From an uncultured delta proteobacterium (GTDB lineage Bacteria; Desulfobacterota; Binatia; UBA9968): 64,000 nucleotides of DNA. Both the position numbers and the translations under genes were made by a program. The DNA lies in contig CAVXEP010000004.1 in the NCBI GenBank assembly GCA_963760795.1, forward strand, positions 230,233 to 294,232, in the 5' to 3' direction. This document shows positions 39,589 to 50,198 of this stretch, piece after piece (the first letter of the stretch is position 1; the number at the start of each line of letters is the position of its first letter). The notes under the pieces are model-generated. The model was not told where the DNA came from. It worked only from the letters and a program-made list of their open reading frames with translations, and searched no databases.

Positions 39589-40482
39589 TCACTGACCAAG
39601 CTTGGATTGGAACGGTTTGGCGAGAATCTCGCTGCCGATCTCGATCTGCAGCAAGTCCGATCCGACGATCAGCGGACCGTCATATTTTTTTCGCGTCGCC
39701 GGTATCAAATCTTCGGGCTGTGCGCTGCCGAACAGCAGTAGATGATTGTAAACCGCCAGCTTCGGCCGCACCCGCGCGAACACTTCACCGGCCTGCTCCG
39801 GCGTCGTGTGGTTGGCGCCGATCCGTTTTAATTGCTGGGGATTTTCCGCCGCGCTGCCGGCGATCGCGGTCACCTCATGCACCAACAAGTCGGCACCCTG
39901 AGCGTGGTGAATTAAATTCTCATTGAACGTAGTATCGCCCGACAGCACCGCCGAGCGCCCTTGGTAATCGATGCGGTAACCAAAGGCTGGCAACTCCTCG
40001 CCGCCGTGGTCGACCTCAAACGCACTGACCCTGACGCCGTCATGATCGAACACCACGCCTTGGCGGATCTCGCGGGCGTCCAGTTTAACGCCGTCCGGCG
40101 GATAGCTGCGACTGCGCACTCGGATATCGACATGGAAAGCCAACGGCAGGTGCTCCATCATCTGCCGCGTCCCCTCGGGACCATAAACCGGCAACGGCTG
40201 CGCGCGCTGCCCCCAAGGCCGGCCGATCCAACCGGTAAGCCAGAGATCGGGAAAGCCGACGACATGATCCGAGTGATGATGGGTCAAAAACATCCCGCTA
40301 ATGTCGCTGAACGGAATGGCCAGCTGATGCAGCCGCTGCATCGCCCCGCGGCCGGCGTCGAAAATAAATTTCTGCTTGCCGACTTCGACCAATGTGCTCG
40401 GCCCGAAGCGATCCAAGCGCGGCGGCGGCGCGCCGGTGCCGAGCAGCGTCACACGAAATGTATCTTCAGTGGATTGCGCCAT
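39589..40482 (-). CDS. MBL-fold hydrolase, RNase Z/arylsulfatase-like
   Basis: LLGTG, THHHSDH, SGDT, LVHE, NHTTPEQAG. Confidence 0.92.
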   Translation of the reverse strand: MAQSTEDTFRVTLLGTGAPPPRLDRFGPSTLVEVGKQKFIFDAGRGAMQRLHQLAIPFSDISGMFLTHHHSDHVVGFPDLWLTGWIGRPWGQRAQPLPVYGPEGTRQMMEHLPLAFHVDIRVRSRSYPPDGVKLDAREIRQGVVFDHDGVRVSAFEVDHGGEELPAFGYRIDYQGRSAVLSGDTTFNENLIHHAQGADLLVHEVTAIAGSAAENPQQLKRIGANHTTPEQAGEVFARVRPKLAVYNHLLLFGSAQPEDLIPATRKKYDGPLIVGSDLLQIEIGSEILAKPFQSKLGQ

Positions 40483-40507
40483 CGACTGCTCCTACAGAAA
40501 ATTCGAA

Positions 40508-40789
40508 TTCACCACGAAGTGTCCGTGAGCTTACGCTCGTTTACAGAATAGAAAATGGATGGGATTCCCTCCATAGCGATCTGCTTGACGCGTCATTCCC
40601 GCGCACGCGGGAATCCAGATTTGGCCTGCGCCCAATTAGCCTGGATACCCGCTTTCGCGGGTATGACGGAACCCAGGTGACCTCTTCATTGTGGAGACCC
40701 TTCTCTTACATGTATTTTCTATGAAGGACATGAAACTCCACGTAGACAAGAATGATTTCTTTGCGAACCTTCGTGTCCTTAGTGGTGAG
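40508..40789 (-). mobile_element. Nested element copy 3 (insert 40520-40722)
   Basis: GAAG 40516-40519 and 40723-40726; core nearly identical to the reverse complement of 30030-30145. Confidence 0.8.
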
Positions 40790-40813
40790 TCTTAAGCGTT
40801 TACTATCCTCAGC

Positions 40814-41812
40814 TCACTTCGCCGCCAGCAGCGACTTTACGAAGCCGCTCTGATCCATTTCGCGCACCAAGCGATTGTCGATAAACTCCTCGGGCTTGGC
40901 GGTTTTGGCTTTAGGTGTAGTTTTTTCCAAGTCTTGCAACAGACCGGCAATGCCCGCCGGGTACGGCGGCACGGTAAAACCGTTCTTGATACTGAGCTCG
41001 TAGGTTTCGTCGAGCACCTCTTTGTCGTCGGTGCGAAAATATTTTCCCATGGTCTTGATCGCGAAGGCCTTGTCTTTCATGCCGCGCACCGCGCCTTCGG
41101 TATAGGCGCGCAGAAAACGCCGGGTGATGTCTTCGTTGGCCTTCAAATAGCGCCGCGTCGTCACCACGCCATTGACGTGATACTCGACATCGAGGGTGGT
41201 CAGATCCATCAAATCCTTGAGCTTCAATCGCTTCGCTTGCAGCGTCGCCGGCGGGCTGATCGCCGCCGCGTTGACCCGGCCCGCAGCCATGGCGGTTACG
41301 GTTTCCGCCGGTCCGCCGGTTTGAATCATCGTCACATCCCGCTCCGGCTCGAGCCCGGCCTTGCGTAGCGCAATGCGCGACGCCAAATCGGACTGCGTGC
41401 CGAAGCGGGTCACGCCAAAAATCTTGCCCTTCAAGTCCTCCACTCGCGCAATATTCGGTTGGCCGAAAATCCACCAGTTAAATTTCTTCACGATGGTCGC
41501 AAGAATCACCGTGTCGGTTCCCGAAAGCGCAACTTGAATCGGTCCGGCGCCGCCGGCTTGAATGATCGGCAACTCCCCCGACAGCATGGCTTGTATCGCC
41601 AGCGAACTACCTGGAATGCTGATCACTTCGACATTGAGCCCATGCTTCTCATAGAACCCGGCTTCTTTAGCGAACCATATCGCCATCTGTGCCGCCGACG
41701 CCGAACCGCCACCGACACGCAGACGGTCGAGTTTTTTCTCCTGGGCGAGCGCGAGCCCCGAAAACAACAACGCCACGGTGAAGCAACAACAAACAACGTT
41801 CCGGTAAATCAT
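40814..41812 (-). CDS. ABC transporter SBP, NitT/TauT family
   Basis: WFAKEAGFYEKHGL, DLKGKIFGVTRFG. Confidence 0.92.
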   Translation of the reverse strand: MIYRNVVCCCFTVALLFSGLALAQEKKLDRLRVGGGSASAAQMAIWFAKEAGFYEKHGLNVEVISIPGSSLAIQAMLSGELPIIQAGGAGPIQVALSGTDTVILATIVKKFNWWIFGQPNIARVEDLKGKIFGVTRFGTQSDLASRIALRKAGLEPERDVTMIQTGGPAETVTAMAAGRVNAAAISPPATLQAKRLKLKDLMDLTTLDVEYHVNGVVTTRRYLKANEDITRRFLRAYTEGAVRGMKDKAFAIKTMGKYFRTDDKEVLDETYELSIKNGFTVPPYPAGIAGLLQDLEKTTPKAKTAKPEEFIDNRLVREMDQSGFVKSLLAAK

Positions 41813-41969
41813 GATTATTCTAGCTCCGGTTTTCTACTCAAAACTGACAATCCGCCGTCCATCTAACATGAAAACCCGATGTGATGTCGAGAACCGCGAC
41901 ACACAGAGAGTTCGGCAATAACTGTTCGTTCTGACGTGGCGGTAAACAACGCGGCAATTGTCAATTCAC

Positions 41970-42336
41970 TCACGGCCGCGTGAGCAGTTCGAGCAAGTGA
42001 CCGTCGGGACCATGAAAGTAGACACCGCGGCCGCCCTTGCGAGTATTCAACTGGCCGTTGGTGGGAGCTCCGCGGCTCGCTGCCCCAGGTAATTCCGGCT
42101 TCCTGGATGCGCCGGAAGATCGCATCGAACTCGTCATCGCTGACGTGGAATGCATAATGATGCGGCTCGAAAGACTCGGCGTTATCGAAGTCCAGCGTCA
42201 GCTCATCGTTAATCCGCACCGGCGCAAAATGGCCCGCCGGGCCATCGTAGTTGAGGCCGAAAATCTTCGCGAAGAAGCTTGCCGCGGCCTCTTTATCCTT
42301 TGCCGGCACAATCGTGTGATTCAACTTGATCGACAT
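41970..42336 (-). CDS. VOC/glyoxalase family protein, frameshift near 42068
   Basis: LNHTIV, HYAFHVSDDEFD; second frame GGRGVYFHGPDGHLLELLTRP*. Confidence 0.88.
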
Positions 42337-42448
42337 ATTCCCTCCTTCGATCGTTGCGACCCTTGAGGAACGCTGATGATAGCCGTGGAAGAAATCTTAG
42401 CGCTTAAATTTTGCCGTGTGAAGCGGATTGTCGGGCCGGCGCCAGCAT

Positions 42449-43459
42449 TTACTTAACTCCGAAGATTTCCTGATAAAGCTTAATGTACCGATCAAAATCA
42501 TCGTACACCTCGGGCGCGGTAAATGCCGGCGTCACTCCTTGCAGCAGCGTCGGCGGATCAGGCGGAGTATCCATGCGATCCGGAATGCGCTTGAGCGCGC
42601 GCACCACTTCCTGACCTCGGCGCGAAAGCATGAAATCGATAAACAGCCTCCCGGCGTTCGGATGGGGCGATTTCGCGGAGAGTCCCACGGGATGGAGATT
42701 AGCGAAGGACGGCGCCAGCGCCACCCACTCCACCGGCGCGCCACTAGCCTTCAGCGTGTCGAAGTTGTGCATGTAGGAAGTCAGCGCGCCGTTGAACTCG
42801 CCGGCGGCAACCAGTTGGGCCAAAAGCGTTCTGCCGCCGCGCAGGCTGGGCTGTTGCGCCGCCAGCGCGCGCATGAAGCTCAGCCCCTTTTCTCTTCCGA
42901 TGCCGCTGATCGTCGCGGTGAACCATTCATAGGCTCTGCTTTCGATGCCGATATGCCCCTTCCAGGCCGGCTTGAGCAGATCGTCATGGGAGCGCGGAAT
43001 ATTCGCCTTCGCGACCAGCTTGGTGTTGAAGCCGAAAACGCCGTAGGTGGTATAATTCGAAGTCCAAAAACCCTGGGGATCCTTGAAACCTTCACGGAAG
43101 AATTTCCGTTCCGGCGAATCGTAGGCGGCCAGGAGTCCGCGTTTTTTCATCAAGTAACCGTAAAACCCCGTCGTCGAAACCACATCCCAGAGCGATTTTC
43201 CGGCCCGGGCCTCAGTAAGAATCTTCTCCATCATCTGGGAGTCGGTCGTGCGGTCGAACTGGACATCGATCTTGGGATAAAGTTTCCGGAAACTATCGGT
43301 AAGGGCTTTCGTGTCCGCCGTGTTGGCGGTGGTGTAGAAAACTAACTTTCCCTCCGCTTCGGCTTTGTCCTTCCACTCGGCGGCGAATGAGGTCCAAGGG
43401 GATAAGCATGCGCATCCTAATATAAACGTCCACACCGCCATCAACTGCGGTTTATTCAT
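42449..43459 (-). CDS. Extracellular solute-binding protein (Fe3+-type)
   Basis: AEAEGKLVFYT, FNTKLV, PAWKG, PHPNAGRLFIDF. Confidence 0.9.
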   Translation of the reverse strand: MNKPQLMAVWTFILGCACLSPWTSFAAEWKDKAEAEGKLVFYTTANTADTKALTDSFRKLYPKIDVQFDRTTDSQMMEKILTEARAGKSLWDVVSTTGFYGYLMKKRGLLAAYDSPERKFFREGFKDPQGFWTSNYTTYGVFGFNTKLVAKANIPRSHDDLLKPAWKGHIGIESRAYEWFTATISGIGREKGLSFMRALAAQQPSLRGGRTLLAQLVAAGEFNGALTSYMHNFDTLKASGAPVEWVALAPSFANLHPVGLSAKSPHPNAGRLFIDFMLSRRGQEVVRALKRIPDRMDTPPDPPTLLQGVTPAFTAPEVYDDFDRYIKLYQEIFGVK

Positions 43460-43640
43460 TTCGAGTATTCCTCCACAGGCTCATTTACCACGGATGCAAA
43501 TCGTTGTCTGCCAGGACAACTGCTCGGAGCTGCGGTTTTTGCGTGTGCCAGATCCCGCCTAAGGATGAAAGCAAACCACAGCGCCGTCCCATCGAACAGT
43601 TGATTTGTGTCGTCAAAGGCGCGCCATTACCTCAGTCCCG

Positions 43641-45090
43641 CTAGTCACCAACTTCCTGAGGTTTCTTAGACCAGGTCTCCGCCATCGTGTCCGGCTCCTG
43701 TTCAAGGGCAGCCCGCGGATTTAGCATCCGCACCACCGGCGCTGTCATCATCGTGGTCACGAGGGCCATCAATACCATCATCGCAAAGAGCGTGGGCGTG
43801 ATGACGTGCAAGTCCAGCCCGACGTTTAGGACGATCAGTTCCATCAGCCCCCGGGTGTTCATGAGCGCGCCGAGAATCGCCGCGTCCCGCCAGCGAAGGC
43901 CTGTCAGGCGGGCTGCCACCAGCGTGCCACCAAACTTCCCGGCCACGGCCGTCAATAATGATCACAGCACAAATCAGCCACTGGCCGGGCTCGTACAGCA
44001 AATCGATCCGCGTCCGCATGCCCGTCAAGGCGAAGAAAGCCGGAAGTAGCAGGATGGTGACAATCTGCTCGAGCTGGCGGGTGAGGGCTCGTGCCAAGGC
44101 GCTGTCGTGAGGAATCATCGCCCCGAGCAAGAAGGCTCCGAAGATGGCGTGGATACCGATTACCTCAGCGGTGAGGGAGGACAAGAGGAGCGCCACAAAG
44201 ACCAGAGTCGTGGCTCCGCGGGTCTGCGCTTCTCCTTCCCACCGGACGGCGACCCATTGCAGGATCGGACGACCCAGTAGGAACATGAACGTGATAAACG
44301 CGAGGGCGCCGGCCGCGACCAACAGCCCTTGGCCCATTTCGGCCTTGGCAATTCCGACCACGAACGCGAGCAAACACCAAGCCGTAACGTCATCGATGGC
44401 CGCACAACTCAGAGCCAGCACTCCGAGCTTAGTGCGGCTCATCCGGTAGTCGGTTAGGATGCGCGCAAGCACCGGAAATGCCGTGATCGACATCGATACG
44501 CCCATGAACAGGGCGAAGCTGGTGAACGTTACATCGCTACTAGAAACTCGCGGGTACAAGAGCAGCGCGAGCAGCGCTCCCAGAATGAATGGGGCAAGGA
44601 TGCTCGCGTGCGACGTGGCCACGGTGGTATGAGCGCGCTGATTGAGCAGCGCGGGGTTGAGTTCCAGGCCGACGAGGAACATGTACAAGACCACGCCCAG
44701 TTGAGCGATGATCCCAAGGTAGGGAGCGACCGACGGCGGCAAGACCAGCGCGGAAACCTCTGGTCCCAACAAGGAGGGTCCGAGTAGAATGCCTGCCACC
44801 ACCTCGCCGATCACCGGCGGTTGGTTCAAGTGGGCAAACACCCAGCCCAACATTTGACCTGTCACAATGATCGCAATGAGGGCCACAAGGACCCGCAGCA
44901 AGACGTTACTCGCTTGCACGGTCGTGGCGACGTGGGCCGCTGCGGCAGCGGTCGGCGCCAACAGCGTTTCGCCATAACTACGAATGAGAAAAAAAGCGGC
45001 GATGGTGACGAGAACCATCAAGCCATAACCTATCACAGTCGGAACCAGCGACCGGGGACGTGATTGTTCATTTTGCATATCGCTGTGCAC
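43641..45090 (-). CDS. Cation:proton antiporter (CPA2), frameshift near 43960
   Basis: QPPVIGEVVAGILLGPS, SITAFPVLARIL, IDDVTAW; second frame LMNTRGLMELIVL. Confidence 0.92.
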
Positions 45091-45505
45091 GCGAGATTAC
45101 CTCCGAAGCTGACAAGCCGAACGCATAGCGATTTATGCCGAAAATCTGCGGGCAATCAAGTTGCCGATAGAAATCATCGGAAGAAAAAATCAACCAAAGT
45201 CGCACCTGACGGGGTGTCGGTATGTGTCGGACGATTTGACGCCCGACGCTTCAACCCTGCCCCGTCGCGGACCGCGCGGAGAGCAGTCGAATTCAGCACC
45301 GCAACGATGCGTGAGTGCAGTCGTAGTGTTGCTGGAAAATTAATGTGGTTCTTCCCTATCCTGTGATAGGTGGTAATTTAGAGAGTAGATTCGAAAGGAG
45401 GGACAAAAGAGGGTTGTGCTCATTAAGCTACTGACCAGGCGGTTCGGCGCACAATCTTCCAGCAAGTAAATTTCTTGGCTTTGATTTATTGACAAGGAGG
45501 TCGTT

Positions 45506-45796
45506 ATGTCGATTGTCAGAATGATTTTCGTTACCGTAAAGCCCGATCAGGTTTCGCAAGCGATCAGTCTGTGGAAAAACCACTGCGCCCCTCTTATGAT
45601 CAAGCAGCCGGGATGTCTGTCCGAAAAACTATTGGAATGCGCCGATGAGCGCGGCGAGTTCATCTCCTATTCCGAGTGGGACAGTCAGGCGAGCATCGAC
45701 AAGTATCGAAAAGGCGAAGCCCACACGGAGATTCAGAAACATTCACGCGGTTTGCAAGGCGGGCGCGCCACCGTCAAGCGTTACGAAGTGAAGTAG
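45506..45796 (+). CDS. Antibiotic biosynthesis monooxygenase (ABM) domain protein
   Basis: AAGGAGG RBS; QPGCL, ISYSEWDS...AH. Confidence 0.85.
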   Translation: MSIVRMIFVTVKPDQVSQAISLWKNHCAPLMIKQPGCLSEKLLECADERGEFISYSEWDSQASIDKYRKGEAHTEIQKHSRGLQGGRATVKRYEVK

Positions 45797-45832
45797 AAAG
45801 CGACTCACCGACGACATCGACTGTGAGGCCGG

Positions 45833-45870
45833 AGCATGCGGTCGCGCTCTGAAAAACGCGACCGCATGCT
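45833..45870. terminator. Perfect 14-bp hairpin between convergent genes
   Basis: AGCATGCGGTCGCG / CGCGACCGCATGCT; no poly-U tail. Confidence 0.55.
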
Positions 45871-45914
45871 GGTCATACAGTTACTGCACAGAGGTATGGC
45901 CAGACCCTATTGGA

Positions 45915-46889
45915 TTATCCTGGTCCCGTCGTGAAAAAGAAGCGCTGTGGAGCAATCGGTTTTGGCTGGCCAAGTCCGCGGAATGCTCTGCCCAGATCAT
46001 AGTTTTCCAAGCCGACGTTCGGATTTACGTTAAAAGAGTATCGCTGGTTTGGCTTAAGGCCCGCTGTAAGCGTAACTACCAACGTCCGGTCGTCGCGCCA
46101 GTAAACGCCGCCTTCACTACATCTGCGACCTGCGGATGCGTTGGGATAGAATGTTGGCGAACAGCTCAAATTCCATGAACTTGACATCGGCTGATCGAAG
46201 ACAATAAGAATCTCTTTTAGCGAAGCCGGTACGTTTTCGCTCCCGTCCTCGGGGATCGTGTGAATCAATTTCGCCGGGATTTCCGCTTTGTCGGCTTGTC
46301 CAATCTTCCTTTTCTCATTGTCCGTCTTCTGCCGCTCATCTGAAATTCTATCGGCGAGCCTAAACTCCACGAGTTCGAACGAGCTTGCAGTGTTCTCAGT
46401 CTTCATTCTTACAATATTTTTCACATCCGGCGCATACCAGATCGTTCTCTCGCCGCAGTCACGGTCTTGGTTGGCGATCAGAGCGCACGAGCATTGGCCC
46501 TCAAAAGCTCCGAAGGTACCGGCCGCAACCGTAACCTGATTAAAAGCAGAAACGCTGCATTCTGTGCGTACAGGGACGCGGGATGCTTTGCTAGTTGCAT
46601 CCGATTGTCCGATTAATAAACTTGCACCCTCATAGCTCCACGTTTTGCCTATCCAAAGGGGGAATTCTATATTGGCGGCTAGTGCGGTGCTCTTTCCCCT
46701 TGTGGCGTTCCCGCGTTGATAAACCCAGTAGTCTCCGCGTTGTAGAACTGGACGCTCAGCAACGGGTCCTTTGTAATTCTCCGGCCGAGTCGAAGGCAAA
46801 TTCGTAGGCGAACAACTTAGGACGACGCCGAGACAAAGGAGCGAACTCCATGCAGTTCTAATAGAAAACTCTGCAAGAATCTCTTTCAT
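45915..46889 (-). CDS. Putative lipoprotein with a C-terminal Ig-like (Big_5) domain
   Basis: VVLSC lipobox; VTVAAGTF...WYAPDVK; PEDGSENV...IVFDQPM...LKPNQRY. Confidence 0.7.
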   Translation of the reverse strand: MKEILAEFSIRTAWSSLLCLGVVLSCSPTNLPSTRPENYKGPVAERPVLQRGDYWVYQRGNATRGKSTALAANIEFPLWIGKTWSYEGASLLIGQSDATSKASRVPVRTECSVSAFNQVTVAAGTFGAFEGQCSCALIANQDRDCGERTIWYAPDVKNIVRMKTENTASSFELVEFRLADRISDERQKTDNEKRKIGQADKAEIPAKLIHTIPEDGSENVPASLKEILIVFDQPMSSSWNLSCSPTFYPNASAGRRCSEGGVYWRDDRTLVVTLTAGLKPNQRYSFNVNPNVGLENYDLGRAFRGLGQPKPIAPQRFFFTTGPG

Positions 46890-46969
46890 TTCCGGACCCC
46901 ATACTTGATTCGAACTTCGAAACTACTGGCAATTGTTACATTTCCACCGTACTTCGTTGCCCAATTTAA

Positions 46970-47120
46970 TCGTCATCCCGGGCAATCTGGTGATAGCCAG
47001 GCCGGACCGGAATCCAGGAAATTCACGAACTCGGATGCCGGTCAGAGTTTATCCTGAGCCATGTCGAACGGTCGGCATGACGACAAAGTGGACATTCGAA
47101 TTTTTCAGCGAACTTCTGAG
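46970..47120. repeat. Composite GTCAT-REP element with an internal CCTGAGC..GTCGAA motif
   Basis: TCGTCATCCCGG...GGAATCCAG...GGATGCCGG...CGGCATGACGA; ends TTTTTCAGC. Confidence 0.65.
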
Positions 47121-47152
47121 CCTAGAGACTAGACATACTGCGCAAAGCTACG

Positions 47153-47515
47153 TCACACTTTCCACCCCGGCGACAAATCCACGCGCGTCCCCACCGGATC
47201 GAGCACGAAGGTTTCGGCGAAGCGTCCATCCTTTGGGAGATTCGCCGTGCCGCCGGTGGCGCCGGCGGCAAGTGCGGTTTGCGTGGCGCCCTTGACGTCT
47301 TCCACTTGCATGCCGAAATGATAAATCCCTTCGCGCCGATTGCGCGCCGGTAGAATCGCCAGATTGATATGGCCGTCGGAAAGATAGATCGCGCTGCCAT
47401 TTTCAGTCGGCTCACCACTGCGGGCAACCTCGTTGAGCCCGAAAGAGGCCTTGTAGAACGCCGCGAGTTTCTCGGTGTCCTTCGTCAGTAATGCGATATG
47501 TCCTATGCGTGCCAT
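47153..47515 (-). CDS. VOC family protein
   Basis: IGHIAL, LSDGHINLAIL, HFGMQVED, DPVGTRVDL. Confidence 0.9.
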   Translation of the reverse strand: MARIGHIALLTKDTEKLAAFYKASFGLNEVARSGEPTENGSAIYLSDGHINLAILPARNRREGIYHFGMQVEDVKGATQTALAAGATGGTANLPKDGRFAETFVLDPVGTRVDLSPGWKV

Positions 47516-47598
47516 GTTATTCTCCCTTCGTGTTTTGGAGGCCGGGTTAATATTCCGTCGTCAACTTCGAAACAGCTTTGCATTTGCGAGCAATCCAA

Positions 47599-47624
47599 GA
47601 GGGCAGGTTTCAAACCTGCCCTAA
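47599..47624. repeat. GTAG-type REP (minus orientation)
   Basis: AGGGCAGGTTTCAAACCTGCCCT. Confidence 0.65.
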
Positions 47625-47707
47625 CATTCGGATTCCCACATTTGGTTTCTTTGATTTTATTACCTTGGCTTTTTTGCGCCGTTGCGGGAGACAATTCTTG
47701 GTCCCAA

Positions 47708-48745
47708 TTACTTCCGATACAACTGCTCGATCAAGCCGCTCTTTTCGATCTCTCTAAAAAAGCTCGCGTCGATGAAATCCGCCGGCGTCATTGTTTTCAA
47801 CTTCGCGTCGCTCTCGCGCTCAAGCACGGCCTGCAGCGCTTTGTCGTTGGGCGCCGGCAGGCGTTCTAGCAGATCGGCTTGCTCGTCGTAAAGATAGGCC
47901 GATTCTTCCGCGCTTAACCCACCGAAATATTTCTGCAGCATAGTAATTGAACCCGTGCGATTGGTCTTAAGAAAATGAATCACCTCGACGAATGAGCGGG
48001 TCAACCTCTCGACCACGGTTCGCTTGCGCTGGATATAGCTGCGAGTCGTCGCGAATGTGCCCGAAGGCGAAAGGATTTTCAGCTCGACAGCGCTGCTGAG
48101 AAGTCTTCCGCCCGAGCGCTCCACTGAGAGCGCGGGCAGACCGGCCAATGCGCCGACTTCGATTTTGCCCGCCACCATCGCAGCGGCGACCTGCGGATGG
48201 CCGCCGAGTTGGAGGATCGTCACATCCTTGTCCGGCCTCAATCCCGCTCTCGCCAGCGCGTTACGCGCGAAGGTGTCCGCTTCCGAACCGTACTGCGACA
48301 CGCCGAGGGTCGCGCCCTTCATCTCTTCGAGCCGGCGTATTTTCGAATTACGGCCAACCAGCAACTTCTGGCTAGAGAGATTAGCCGCCGCGCCAAGGAT
48401 CGCCACATCCGCGCCGGCCACGCGCGCGCGGGTCAACGCGGTGACCCCCGCGAAAACTACATCGACGTCGCCAGCGATGAGCGACTGGACCGATCGTGGG
48501 CTCCCGGTAATCAGCAGAATTTCCGCCGCCAGGTCGTGCTTGGCGAAAATCCCGCTCTCCTTGGCCAGCCACGGCAGCGACAGCGAAACGCTCGGCGCGA
48601 CGTATGCGACGCGCAGCTTGTCGGCTGCACGAACCGGTACGTGCGGCACCGTGACCAGTATTGCGGTGATAACCAATGCCCGGACAAACGCTCTCTGCAT
48701 GATTTTCCCGTGGCTATCGGCTGACGTATCGAAACGAATTGTCAC
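47708..48745 (-). CDS. ABC transporter SBP, NitT/TauT family
   Basis: WLAKESGIFAKH, GLRPDKDVTIL; start possibly 48700. Confidence 0.9.
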   Translation of the reverse strand: MTIRFDTSADSHGKIMQRAFVRALVITAILVTVPHVPVRAADKLRVAYVAPSVSLSLPWLAKESGIFAKHDLAAEILLITGSPRSVQSLIAGDVDVVFAGVTALTRARVAGADVAILGAAANLSSQKLLVGRNSKIRRLEEMKGATLGVSQYGSEADTFARNALARAGLRPDKDVTILQLGGHPQVAAAMVAGKIEVGALAGLPALSVERSGGRLLSSAVELKILSPSGTFATTRSYIQRKRTVVERLTRSFVEVIHFLKTNRTGSITMLQKYFGGLSAEESAYLYDEQADLLERLPAPNDKALQAVLERESDAKLKTMTPADFIDASFFREIEKSGLIEQLYRK

Positions 48746-48799
48746 TCCTGCGCCGTCACACGTCTGTCGACGTTATCACAAACCGTTGTCGCATCGTTA

Positions 48800-49855
48800 C
48801 TAATTGGCCAGCAAATCCTTCAGCCGCTCGACCACCTCGCGGGGCTGAGCCATCACTTCCTTTGCGAGGCTTTCGAGCTCCTCGCCCCGTATAGTTTCAA
48901 CCTCCAGTTGTTTCTTCGCGGCTTCCGCCAGCAGAGCCGGGTCGCTGAGCGCTTTGACGAAACCGTCGCGAAACATCTTTGTCCGCTCGGCGGGCAACCC
49001 CGGCGGAGCGGCGATGGGCCAGGAACCGAAGCGTCCGGCGTCGAGAAATACTCCGGTCAAACGGCGGCTCGCCTCCGGCGTCTTGTACTGATCCATAAGC
49101 TCGTAAATCGTCGGCACGTCGGCGAGCCGGGCATCGCGCTTGTTACCGGTCTGAATCAGCACCCGCACGAAGTTCTTCTTGCGCCAGGTGTGAAACGGTT
49201 CGCGGCCGAAAAACACCGATAGCGACGTCGAGTTGCACTGCACTTCGCCCTTTTCGATCGCCAGGTCGACCTCGCCGCCGCCCGGATAGCCGGTAACGAT
49301 TGCGAGCTTGAGGCCGAGGGTTTCCTCGAACAGCTTGGGCAAAATATAGCCGCTGTTGCCGCGCCCTGCCGTGCCGCATTTCGCCGGCTCGGTGGCCCGG
49401 CGAAGATCGGCGATGGTCGCGAAGGGATGGTCGGCGCGGATGTAAAAAAGCCGCGTCGCCGGCGTCGAACTGCCGATCCAGGCAAGCTTGGGCCAGTCAA
49501 ACTGCACTTCCTTGCGGCCGATCAACTGCTCGAAATAGAGCGCCGCGTTGAACGTCGCCAGCGTCAGGCCGTCCGGCTTGGCGACGCCGTTGAGGTAATT
49601 GACCGCCACCATGGAGCCGGCCCCGGCCATCGACTGCACGATGAAATCGGGATTGCCCGGTAGATACTTTTTTAGGTAAGGCGTCACCGTTCGGGCCCAG
49701 ATGTCATGGGTGGTGCCGGCGGGATAACCGACGATCAATCTGATCGTCTTGCCGTCGAAGAACGACGATTGCGCGGCGACACCGGCAACGTCGCAGCTAG
49801 CAATCGCGACAACGGCCAAAATAGCCGGCGAGAATTTCCATCTGGATAACAACAT
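48800..49855 (-). CDS. Bug/TctC-like SBP
   Basis: GKTIRLIVGYPAG, AGAGS, KPDGLT, GYPGG. Confidence 0.9.
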   Translation of the reverse strand: MLLSRWKFSPAILAVVAIASCDVAGVAAQSSFFDGKTIRLIVGYPAGTTHDIWARTVTPYLKKYLPGNPDFIVQSMAGAGSMVAVNYLNGVAKPDGLTLATFNAALYFEQLIGRKEVQFDWPKLAWIGSSTPATRLFYIRADHPFATIADLRRATEPAKCGTAGRGNSGYILPKLFEETLGLKLAIVTGYPGGGEVDLAIEKGEVQCNSTSLSVFFGREPFHTWRKKNFVRVLIQTGNKRDARLADVPTIYELMDQYKTPEASRRLTGVFLDAGRFGSWPIAAPPGLPAERTKMFRDGFVKALSDPALLAEAAKKQLEVETIRGEELESLAKEVMAQPREVVERLKDLLAN

Positions 49856-49985
49856 GACAACTCCCGCGCTCAGTTAGGTCTCAGCGTCTTTGCGCCAATC
49901 GTCTTGATAGTTCTGCAACTTTTCTAAATACTCCGATGATTACGATACTAACCAAGCTATCGACGGTTTGTAAACCAAAAACATC

Positions 49986-50059
49986 TCACTGCGGAGACAC
50001 AGACCACGCCGAGGGTTTCATTGCGATCTATCCTCTGTGAACTCTGCGCCTCTGGTGAA
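49986..50059. repeat. CACAGAG/CGCGGAG-type periodic palindrome
   Basis: TCACTGCGGAGACACAGA ... CTCTGTGAACTCTGCGCCTCTGGTGAA. Confidence 0.65.
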
Positions 50060-50198
50060 TCCGAATCTCCGCGAAACTAATCAGAACCCGAAACCCAAGA
50101 GCCGAAAACTCGAAACTGCGTCCGCGCGCCTTGACACTCTACTTTCATCCAAGTAAGAATCGCCACGAATCAATTTATATTTCGCTCTGAGGAATTTC

